A DNA stretch of 64,000 bases from an uncultured Acidobacteriota bacterium (GTDB lineage: Bacteria > Acidobacteriota > Thermoanaerobaculia > Multivoradales > SZUA-115), in NCBI GenBank assembly GCA_963805975.1, contig CAWDVR010000005.1, positions 96,001 through 160,000 of the forward strand, given 5' to 3'. A model generated the notes under the pieces. It was not told the origin of the DNA. It searched no databases and worked only from the letters and a program-made list of their open reading frames with translations. Position 1 is the first letter of the stretch. Each line of letters begins with the position of its first letter. The translations under genes were made by a program, and so were the position numbers. This document shows positions 15,132 through 23,142 of this stretch, piece by piece.

Positions 15132-16139
15132 CTAGAACTTCGACGCCGCCCGTTCCTTGGGCGGCAGGATCTCGAGGCAGGTGGTCCACCAGCCGGTCTC
15201 GACGGTCTCGATGAACTCCGCCGGCAGCCCTTCGCTCGCCATCTCGGCGGCAAGGGCCTGGTGATCGTAGACCAACGGCTCGAGCGCGACCCGCAGGCCG
15301 CCCGCGCCGGCATCGAGCACGGCGTACCAGACCTCGGTACGCCCGTCGTTGGCCGGCCGGCCGAGCGCTCCCACGTTGACCACGTCGGCGCCCGAGGGCA
15401 GGCGCCGGTGCCAGTGGAGCCCGGTGTGGGTGCAGAGGATGCCATGGCAGCGGCCCTGCGCCACCAGCCCTTCCAGGAAGGCGACCGGCGAGGTCGAGCG
15501 GAACAGGAACTCGTTGACCCGGCGGGGCGAGCCGTGCACCAGGAGCAGCTCGCGGTCCCCCACCCGCACGCGGCGCCGCCCGGGGAGCGTGCCCATGAAG
15601 GCCTTGAAATCGGGCGCCGTGTGGCGCTCGGTGTAGCCGTAGGAGAGGGCCGCGAAGTGATTGTCGCGCGGGTCGGTGTAGCCGCAGGCGCAGTCGGTGG
15701 CGCCGGAGGCGAGGGACGCCTCGTAGTTGCCCTGGATCGACAGCACCCCGCCCTGTTCGAGGAGCGGCCGGACCCTGTTCGGATGCGGGCCGAACCCGCC
15801 GAAGTCCCCCAGGCAGTAGACGGCCTCGGCCTCGAGCCGCGACGCTGCTTCGAGCAGCGCCGCGAGCGCGTGGTGGTTGTTGTAGATACCGCCGAAGACC
15901 ACGATCCGCCTGTACGGCCCCTCGACCTCGACGCCGTCGTCGCTCGGGACCAGGAAGCGGCTGGTGGCCCCGAGGCGCTCGTCCAGCGAGAGAGTGTGCC
16001 CGGCCTGGGCGGCGGCGTGCCGAAACTCGGCGAGCGGCACCAGGCGCTCGCCCCAGGTGGCGAGGCCCCGGTGCGCGCTGAGCTTGGCGCGCGCCCGGCG
16101 CGCCGTCTCGTCGTGGTCCCCCGGGGTCCGAGTCGACAT
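15132..16139 (-). CDS. Metallophosphoesterase-fold protein with altered metal ligands
   Basis: CLGD, QGNYE, HGSP, THTG; CACGY and WWTTC cysteine motifs. Confidence 0.85.
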   Translation of the reverse strand: MSTRTPGDHDETARRARAKLSAHRGLATWGERLVPLAEFRHAAAQAGHTLSLDERLGATSRFLVPSDDGVEVEGPYRRIVVFGGIYNNHHALAALLEAASRLEAEAVYCLGDFGGFGPHPNRVRPLLEQGGVLSIQGNYEASLASGATDCACGYTDPRDNHFAALSYGYTERHTAPDFKAFMGTLPGRRRVRVGDRELLLVHGSPRRVNEFLFRSTSPVAFLEGLVAQGRCHGILCTHTGLHWHRRLPSGADVVNVGALGRPANDGRTEVWYAVLDAGAGGLRVALEPLVYDHQALAAEMASEGLPAEFIETVETGWWTTCLEILPPKERAASKF

Positions 16140-16143
16140 CGCT

Positions 16144-17046
16144 CTAGGTCCGGCAGGAGACGCCGTAGACGTGGCAGGTCCAACAAGCGGCATGCCGCAG
16201 TGGGAAGGGGCCGAGCGTATCGGCCAGGGCCTCGCCCATGCGGCCCTCGGGCTCGTTGACCAGGATCGGGCACACCCACACGCCCTGGTCCGTCACCATG
16301 CGGCAGGAAGAGCACTGGAGATGGTCCCAGCTTCCGTCCGCCCCGCTGCCTGAAAAGGCGTCGGCCTCCGTGAGACGCTGCCAGCCCTCGTAGGCACCCG
16401 CGCGCTCGGCCTCGGCGCCGAGGCGGAACACCGGCAGGAGCTTGAGGCGCGGCTTCTCGAGGCCGAGGCTTCGCAGCAGCTCGAAGAACCGCTCGCGGCC
16501 CGCCGGCGAGGCGTTCTCCGCATGCACCTCGGTGACGGTGAGGACCGGGTTCAGGCCCGCGGCCGCCAGGTTCGCGACCCCTTGCAGGACGCGCGCGAAG
16601 GTCCCCTCGCCGCGGATCGGGTCGTTGCTCTCCGGCGTCAACCCGTCGAGCGAAACGCGCAGGTCGAGCGAGTATTCGGCGGCCTCGGCCAGGGCCGCCA
16701 GGCGGCGGCAGCGCGCCGGATCGAGCAGCAGCCCGTTGGTGAGCACGCTGGCCGGGCCCACCGCCAGGGTGGCTTCGAGGATGGTTTCCATCTGCGGGTT
16801 GAGGAAGGGCTCGCCGCCCGTGAAGTAGTACTCCTTGACACCCAGGGCCACGGCCTCGGCGAGGTAGCGCTCGACCTCCGCCAGGCTCATCAGCTCGTGG
16901 GTATGGTTGGTGGGCGAGCAGGAGATGAAGCAGTGGGTGCAGGCCAGGTTGCACACCGTGCCGCCGACTTGGAACCACAGCGTGTCGAGCGCGCGCAACT
17001 GCACCGCCGGGACGATGTCGGGAGCGCTGGCAGGGCTGGGCGGCAT
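16144..17046 (-). CDS. Radical SAM protein
   Basis: CNLACTHC (CX3CX2C), TGGEPF, TNG, VSLDG; Cys-rich C-terminus CSSC..VCP..CWTC..SC. Confidence 0.92.
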   Translation of the reverse strand: MPPSPASAPDIVPAVQLRALDTLWFQVGGTVCNLACTHCFISCSPTNHTHELMSLAEVERYLAEAVALGVKEYYFTGGEPFLNPQMETILEATLAVGPASVLTNGLLLDPARCRRLAALAEAAEYSLDLRVSLDGLTPESNDPIRGEGTFARVLQGVANLAAAGLNPVLTVTEVHAENASPAGRERFFELLRSLGLEKPRLKLLPVFRLGAEAERAGAYEGWQRLTEADAFSGSGADGSWDHLQCSSCRMVTDQGVWVCPILVNEPEGRMGEALADTLGPFPLRHAACWTCHVYGVSCRT

Positions 17047-17148
17047 GGCAGGCTGGGCGCGCGAGCTGGGATCGGCGAAGTATACGAGGCGGCTCGACGG
17101 AGAGATCACGCCGCCGGACCCCCGCTGCCGCCGCGCTATCATGCGCCC

Positions 17149-17568
17149 GTGTTCCGCTACCTCGTGCTCTCGATCACTCTCCTGGTGCTGGCGATGGCGG
17201 CCTTCGCCTTCACGCTCGACGCTCTGGGCCAGCTGCCGCACACCGCCGAAGTGGACCTCTCGTTCGGGGTCGGCCACCTGCCGCCCAAGACCGTGCTCGG
17301 GATCTGGCTGCTGGAAGCGGCGGGGTTGTCGGCGCTCCTGCTCCTCGTGCAGGGGCGCATGGCTGCCTGGTGGCTCGACGGGCTGATGGCCGGCTGGGTG
17401 GCGTGGGTGTTCCGCGGCCCGCTCCTGGTGCTCACCGCGACCGGCGCCGCGGGCCTCGACCCCGCCCCCTTCTGGGCCATGGCCTGGCGCTGGCTGGTGC
17501 TCTACAGCCTGTGCGGCATCCTCGCCGCCGCGGTGGCGAGGGGCGGCAGGCTGGAGCGACCGCCTTGA
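17149..17568 (+). CDS. Hypothetical multi-pass membrane protein
   Basis: About 4 hydrophobic segments; stop overlaps the PKS start (TTGA). Confidence 0.65.
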   Translation: MFRYLVLSITLLVLAMAAFAFTLDALGQLPHTAEVDLSFGVGHLPPKTVLGIWLLEAAGLSALLLLVQGRMAAWWLDGLMAGWVAWVFRGPLLVLTATGAAGLDPAPFWAMAWRWLVLYSLCGILAAAVARGGRLERPP

Positions 17569-18629
17569 GGATCGCCGCCGTCGGGAAGGCCTTGCCCCCG
17601 CACTACTACGGCCAGGACGAGCTCCTGGCGGCCCTTCGAGACCGCTGGGCCGACCGCCACTTCAACCTGGCCCGACTCGACAGCCTGCACAAGAACGTGC
17701 TCGTCGGCGGCCGGCACCTGGCGCTGCCGATCGACGAGTACGACCGCCTGGCGACTTTCGGCGACGCCAACGATGCGTGGATCCGTGTCGCCCAGGAGGT
17801 GGGCGAGGCGGCGGTGCGGGACGGTCTCGCCGCCGCGGGCCTTGCGACCGGCGACGTGTCGGCGCTCTTCTTCGTCACCGTCACCGGGGTGGCGACGCCG
17901 TCGATCGACGCCCGGCTGATGAACCGGCTGGCACTGCGCTCCGACGTCAAGAGAAACCCGATCTTCGGTCTGGGCTGCGTGGCCGGCGCGGCCGGGATCG
18001 CGCGCGCGGCCGACTACGTGAAAGCCTACCCGCGGGAGGTCGCGGTGCTGCTCTCGGTGGAGCTCTGCTCGCTCACCCTGCAGCGCGAGGACCTGTCGAT
18101 CCCCAACCTCATCGCCTCGGGGCTCTTCGGCGACGGCGCCGCGGCCGTGGTGGTGACCGGTGCCGAGCGCGAAGACGGCCGCTCGGCGCTGCCCGGGCCA
18201 CGGATCGTCGCCACGCGCTCGATCTTCTACCCGGACTCCGAGCGCGTCATGGGCTGGGACATCTCCGAGCGCGGCTTCAAGATCGTGCTCGACGCGAGCG
18301 TGCCCGAGGTGGCGCGGGACCACCTGCGCGCCGACGTGGACGGCTTCCTCACGGATCACGGCCTGAGCCGCGCAGACATCGCCTCCTGGGTCGCCCATCC
18401 GGGCGGGCCCAAGGTGCTCGAGGCCATGGCCGAAGCCCTCGAGCTGCCGCCGGGAGCGCTCGACGTCACCTGGCGGAGCCTGCGCGAAGTGGGGAACCTG
18501 TCCTCGACCTCGGTGCTCCTGGTGCTCAAGGACACGATAGAGCACCACCGCCCGCCCCCCGGCAGCCTCGGCCTCCTCATGGCCATGGGCCCGGGCTTCT
18601 GCTCGGAGCTGGTGCTGCTCGAGTGGTGA
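17565..18629 (+). CDS. Type III polyketide synthase (SrsA/FtpA-like)
   Basis: Catalytic Cys (FGLGCVAG), His (HPGG), Asn (GNLSS); ELCSL, LFGDGA, MGPGF. Confidence 0.95.
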   Translation: MRIAAVGKALPPHYYGQDELLAALRDRWADRHFNLARLDSLHKNVLVGGRHLALPIDEYDRLATFGDANDAWIRVAQEVGEAAVRDGLAAAGLATGDVSALFFVTVTGVATPSIDARLMNRLALRSDVKRNPIFGLGCVAGAAGIARAADYVKAYPREVAVLLSVELCSLTLQREDLSIPNLIASGLFGDGAAAVVVTGAEREDGRSALPGPRIVATRSIFYPDSERVMGWDISERGFKIVLDASVPEVARDHLRADVDGFLTDHGLSRADIASWVAHPGGPKVLEAMAEALELPPGALDVTWRSLREVGNLSSTSVLLVLKDTIEHHRPPPGSLGLLMAMGPGFCSELVLLEW

Positions 18630-18736
18630 GGGGCGTGGTGCTCCTCCGCGAAGGGCGGTGCTCGCGGAGTCCCGGTGCGGCGCCACCCGCGCCCAAGGCG
18701 GCGGGGAGGAAAAGGGGGGTTTGCTAGAGTCCCCGC

Positions 18737-19333
18737 GTGAGCGAGCTCGGTGGGTTCTCCACCCAAGGCCTCTATCTCGGGCTGATGCTCGTCGTCGCTG
18801 TCGAGCGGATCGTCGAGCTCTTCATCTCGCGTCGTCACGAGCGGGCGCTGCTGGCCAAGGGCGGGCGTGAGGCCGGGACCGCGCACTACCCGCTGATGGT
18901 CGTCTTCCACACCCTCTTCCTCTTCGCCGCTCCGCTCGAGGTCTTCACGTTGGGGCGGCCGTTCGTGCCGGCGCTGGGATTTCCGATGCTGGCACTCCTC
19001 GCGGGGAGCATGGCGCTCCGCTACTGGGTGATCGCCACCCTGGGCGAGCGCTGGACCACGCGCGTGCTGGTGCTGCCCGGCGCGCCGCCGGTCACCGGCG
19101 GGCCGTACCGCCTCGTGCGCCACCCCAACTACCTGGCCGTGGTGGTGGAGATGTTCGCGCTGCCGCTGGTGCACACGGCGTGGCTGACGGCCGTGGTCGC
19201 CAGCCTCGGCAACGCCGCGATCCTCGCGCTCCGCATCCGCGCCGAGGAAGCGGCGCTCGCCGCGGCCGGAGGCTACGGCTCCGCCTTCTCGGGGCGCCCG
19301 CGGTTCGTTCCTTTTCTCCGCGGGAGGGAGTGA
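18737..19333 (+). CDS. Isoprenylcysteine carboxyl methyltransferase-family protein (SrsB/FtpB-like)
   Basis: LGERWTTRV, GPYRLVRHPNY, RIRAEE. Confidence 0.9.
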   Translation: MSELGGFSTQGLYLGLMLVVAVERIVELFISRRHERALLAKGGREAGTAHYPLMVVFHTLFLFAAPLEVFTLGRPFVPALGFPMLALLAGSMALRYWVIATLGERWTTRVLVLPGAPPVTGGPYRLVRHPNYLAVVVEMFALPLVHTAWLTAVVASLGNAAILALRIRAEEAALAAAGGYGSAFSGRPRFVPFLRGRE

Positions 19334-19337
19334 GGCC

Positions 19338-19583
19338 ATGGAGGAGAAGGAGATCCTGGCCGGGGTGGCGGCCGTCGCCCGCGAGCACCTGGCGTGGACC
19401 GGGCCGCTGGCGCCCGAGATGCGGCTGATCGAGGATCTCGCGCTCGACTCGCTGCGCCTGCTGACGCTGGCCGTCGAGGTGGAGAACCGCTTCCGCATCT
19501 GCCTCGACGAGATGGACGAGGCGGCGATCACGACGGTGGGCGACCTGGTGGCGGCGGTGCGGAGGAAGCTCGTTGCCGGCTGA
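19338..19583 (+). CDS. Acyl carrier protein
   Basis: 81 aa, DLALDSL phosphopantetheinylation motif, TVGDL. Confidence 0.92.
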   Translation: MEEKEILAGVAAVAREHLAWTGPLAPEMRLIEDLALDSLRLLTLAVEVENRFRICLDEMDEAAITTVGDLVAAVRRKLVAG

Positions 19584-21354
19584 GGGCCGGGAGACCGTCA
19601 CCTCGACCCTCGTCTGGGCGGCCGGGCAAGGGCGCGGCGGCCTGCGGTTCGTCGCGCGGGACGAGAGCGCCCGCTTCCTCCCCTGGTCCGAGATGCACCA
19701 GCGCGCGCGGTCGGTGGCCGGCTCGCTCGAGGCCCTGGGCGTCACGCCCGGCGAGCGGGTGGCGATCCTCTTCCCCACCGGCCCCGAGTTCTTCGACGCG
19801 TTCTTCGGCACCCTGCTCGCCGGCGGCGTGCCGGTGCCGCTCTACCCGCCCGTGCGCCTCGGCCGGCTGGCCGAGTACCACCGCCAGACGGCGGCGATGA
19901 TCGGGGCGGCCGGCGCCCGCCTGGTGCTCGCCGACGGCCGGGTGAAGCGGCTGCTCGGGGAAACCATGGCCGCCGCCCGCCCGGCCCTGGGCTGCCGGCG
20001 GCTCGACGAGCTGCCGGCCGGTGTGTTCCGTGCGGTCGAGGTCGGCGCCGACGATCTCGGCCTGGTGCAGTTCTCCTCCGGCACCACGGTCGATCCCAAG
20101 CCGGTGGCCCTCACCCACCGGGCGCTGATGGCGCAGGTTTCGGCCCTGAACGGCCTCTGGCCGGAGCAGAGCGAGGAAGTTCCGACCGGCACCTCGTGGC
20201 TGCCGCTCTACCACGACATGGGGCTGATCGGCTGCATCCTGCCGGCGCTGGCGCTGCCCTCGGAGATGACCCTGATCGGCCCGGAAGTCTTCGTCAGCCG
20301 GCCGGCGATCTGGCTGCGCACCATCAGCCGCTACCGCAGCACGATCTCGCCGGCCCCCAACTTCGCCTATGGCCTCTGTGTGGCCAAGATCACGGACGAG
20401 GAGCTCGCGGGCGTCGACCTATCGAGCTGGCGCGTGGCCCTGAACGGCGCCGAGGCCGTGGCGCCCACGGTGCTGCGGGCCTTCGTCGAGCGCTTCGCGC
20501 CCTACGGCTTCGCCGCCGAGGCCCTGACCCCGGTCTACGGCCTTTCCGAGGCCGCCCTCGCCGTGACCTTCTCGGCCCTCGGCCGGCCGTTCGCGAGCCG
20601 CCGCTTCGCCCGCGAGCCGCTGGCCGCCGAGGGCCGGGCCGAGGAGACGGCGGACGGAGCCGAGATCGTCTCGGTGGGCCGGCCGCTGCCGGGGTTCGCC
20701 CTGCGCATCGTGGACGAGCGGGGTGGGAACCTTCCAGAGGGCCGGGTCGGGCGCCTGCTGATCTCCGGCCCGTCGCTGATGCAGGGCTACCTGGGGCGGC
20801 CCGAGGCCACCGCCCAGGTGCTCTCCGGCGGCTGGCTCGACACCGGCGACCTCGGGTTCCTCTCCGGCGGCGAGCTCTACCTCACCGGGCGCGCCAAGGA
20901 CCTGATCGTGCTCCGTGGCCGGAACTACGCACCGGAGGGCATCGAGCACGCCGTTTCCGCGTTGCCAGGCACCCGCACCGGCTGCGCGGTGGCCGTCTCC
21001 TGGTTGCCCGAGGGCGCGGCCGGCGAGAGGCTCGCCGTGTTCCTCGAGACGGCGCGCGAAGCTGGAACGGCGGCGCGTGCGGCGCTGGTCGAAGCAGCGT
21101 CGCGGGCAGTGCTCGCCGCCACCGGCCTCGCGGTCGACGAGGTGATCGTGCTCGCCCCCGGCACCTTGCCGCGTACCTCCTCCGGAAAGCTCCGGCGCGC
21201 CGAGACCCTGCGGCGGCACCTCGCGGGCGAGCTCGAGCCGCCGGAGCCGGTCACGCCCCTGCGGCTCGCGGGCGCCGTGGTCCGGTCGAGCTTCGCCTAC
21301 GCCCGCGCTCGATTTTCCTGGGCTCGCCTCCTCCGGGGCGCCGGCAGTGCCTGA
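19573..21354 (+). CDS. Fatty acyl-AMP ligase
   Basis: QFSSGTT..PK, SWLPLYHDMGLIG, YGLSEA, TGDLG, GRAKD, PRTSSGK. Confidence 0.92.
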   Translation: MPAEGRETVTSTLVWAAGQGRGGLRFVARDESARFLPWSEMHQRARSVAGSLEALGVTPGERVAILFPTGPEFFDAFFGTLLAGGVPVPLYPPVRLGRLAEYHRQTAAMIGAAGARLVLADGRVKRLLGETMAAARPALGCRRLDELPAGVFRAVEVGADDLGLVQFSSGTTVDPKPVALTHRALMAQVSALNGLWPEQSEEVPTGTSWLPLYHDMGLIGCILPALALPSEMTLIGPEVFVSRPAIWLRTISRYRSTISPAPNFAYGLCVAKITDEELAGVDLSSWRVALNGAEAVAPTVLRAFVERFAPYGFAAEALTPVYGLSEAALAVTFSALGRPFASRRFAREPLAAEGRAEETADGAEIVSVGRPLPGFALRIVDERGGNLPEGRVGRLLISGPSLMQGYLGRPEATAQVLSGGWLDTGDLGFLSGGELYLTGRAKDLIVLRGRNYAPEGIEHAVSALPGTRTGCAVAVSWLPEGAAGERLAVFLETAREAGTAARAALVEAASRAVLAATGLAVDEVIVLAPGTLPRTSSGKLRRAETLRRHLAGELEPPEPVTPLRLAGAVVRSSFAYARARFSWARLLRGAGSA

Positions 21355-22480
21355 GGTGGCCCAGGTTCTGGTGGTGGGTGGCGGGCCGGCGGGGCTCGCC
21401 ACCGCCATCGCGGCCCGGCAGGCGGGCCTGGGGCGCGTCCTGGTGCTCGACGGCCGCCGGCCGCCGATCGACAAGGCCTGCGGCGAGGGCCTGATGCCGG
21501 ACGGGCTCGAGCGATTGAAAGGCCTGGGTGTCCCCACCGACCGGCTCGGCGGCGCTTCCTTCCGCGGCATCCGCTACCTCGAGGACGGCGCCGTGGCCGA
21601 GGGCCGTTTCCCGCGCGGCGCGGGCCTTGGGCTGCGGCGCACGGCGCTGCACGAGGCGCTGGTGAAGCGGGCGGAGGAAGCGGGGGTCGAGCTCGAGTGG
21701 GGCGTCAAGGTCACCGGGCTGGGCACCGCCGGCCGCAGCGGCGAGGTCGAGACCGACCGCGGGCCCCGCTCGGCGCGCTGGGTCGTCGCGGCCGACGGGC
21801 TCCACTCGCGGCTGCGGAGCTGGGCCGGCCTCGAGCGACCGGCGGCGCCTGGCCTCGCGCGGCGCCGCTTCGGTGTACGGCGCCACTTCCGGCTCGCGCC
21901 GTGGGCGGACGTGGTCGAGGTCTACTGGGCGAACGGCGCCGAGGCCTACGTCACGCCCGTGGCCTCGGACGAGGTGGGGGTCGCCCTGCTGTGGAGCGGC
22001 GGCACGGCGCGCTTCGACGAGCTCCTGGCGCGCTTCCCGGCGCTCGCAGCCCGGCTCGACGGCGCTCTGGCGGCTTCCCGCGACCGCGGCGCCGGGCCGC
22101 TCCTCCAGCGCGTCCGGCGCGTGACGCAGGGCCAGCTCGCGCTGGTAGGCGACGCCTCGGGCTACGTGGACGCGATCACCGGCGAGGGCCTGTCGCTCGC
22201 CTTCCACCAGGCGCAGGCCCTGGCGGAGGCCCTGGCCGCCGGTGACCTCCGGGCCTACGAGCGCGCACACCGCCGGATCGCCCGTCTGCCGGATGGCATG
22301 ACGCGCCTGATGCTCGCCATCGAGCGCCGCCCGCGGCTGCGCCGCCGCGTGATCCGCGCCCTCGCCGCCGAGCCCGCCCTCTTCTCGCGCCTCCTCGCTG
22401 TCCACACCCGAGCGTTGCCGCTCCGGGGGTTGGGTTTGCCGAACGTGCTGCGGTTGGCATGGCGTTTGGCAGGAGTATGA
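21347..22480 (+). CDS. FAD-dependent monooxygenase/oxidoreductase (SrsC/FtpE-like)
   Basis: GGGPAG, DKACGEG, AADG, VGDA..YVDAITGEG. Confidence 0.9.
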   Translation: MPEVAQVLVVGGGPAGLATAIAARQAGLGRVLVLDGRRPPIDKACGEGLMPDGLERLKGLGVPTDRLGGASFRGIRYLEDGAVAEGRFPRGAGLGLRRTALHEALVKRAEEAGVELEWGVKVTGLGTAGRSGEVETDRGPRSARWVVAADGLHSRLRSWAGLERPAAPGLARRRFGVRRHFRLAPWADVVEVYWANGAEAYVTPVASDEVGVALLWSGGTARFDELLARFPALAARLDGALAASRDRGAGPLLQRVRRVTQGQLALVGDASGYVDAITGEGLSLAFHQAQALAEALAAGDLRAYERAHRRIARLPDGMTRLMLAIERRPRLRRRVIRALAAEPALFSRLLAVHTRALPLRGLGLPNVLRLAWRLAGV

Positions 22481-22527
22481 GAGACCACGGACCGCTACAA
22501 TCCGTCGTCCTTCAGTGGAGGCGCCTC

Positions 22528-23118
22528 ATGCACTCTCGTCGCGAGAATTTTTCCGGTAAACGATTCCTTCTCCCTCTCTCGATTCTCCTTCTCACCCTCT
22601 CCGCCGCCGCCCAGGAGCGGACGGTGACTCTCGATCCGGCGAAGACCAAGATCTCCTTCTCGCTCGGTGCGGTGATGCACACGGTGCACGGCACGATGAA
22701 GCTCGCGAGTGGCGAGGTGCGCTTCGACCCGGCGACGGGGGCCGCCTCGGGGCGGGTGGTGGTGGATGCCCGGAGCGCGGACACGGCCAACAAGGGCCGC
22801 GACGCGGACATGCACGCCAAAGTGCTCGAAACCGGCAAGTTCCCGCAGTTCGTGCTCGATCTGACGCGGGTCGAGGGCCGGCTCGCGGCGAGCGGCGCCT
22901 CGAAGCTCACCCTCCACGGCAAGCTCGCGATCCACGGCGCGACGCACGAGGTCGCCTGGCCGGCCGAGGTGGCGGTCGACGGCGAAACGGTGCGGGTGAA
23001 GACGAGCTTCGAGATCCCTTACGTGGCCTGGGGGATGAAGGACCCCGGCGGCGTCCTGCTGCGGGTGGACAAGGCCGTGATGGTCGCCGTCGAGGGAACC
23101 GGCAAGATCTCGTCGTAG
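22528..23118 (+). CDS. YceI family (polyisoprenoid/lipid-binding) secreted protein
   Basis: Signal peptide, HTVHG, DTANKGRD..MH..L, GKLAIHG; GGAGG SD before ATG 22528. Confidence 0.88.
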   Translation: MHSRRENFSGKRFLLPLSILLLTLSAAAQERTVTLDPAKTKISFSLGAVMHTVHGTMKLASGEVRFDPATGAASGRVVVDARSADTANKGRDADMHAKVLETGKFPQFVLDLTRVEGRLAASGASKLTLHGKLAIHGATHEVAWPAEVAVDGETVRVKTSFEIPYVAWGMKDPGGVLLRVDKAVMVAVEGTGKISS

Positions 23119-23142
23119 CCGGCGGCTCCGCTCTTCTCTTTC

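Noticed and set aside
13907-16978. 1023-aa ORF suggesting a giant fusion protein
   Set aside because: Only the part from 15103 down is the oxidoreductase; the rest overlaps two real genes in other frames.
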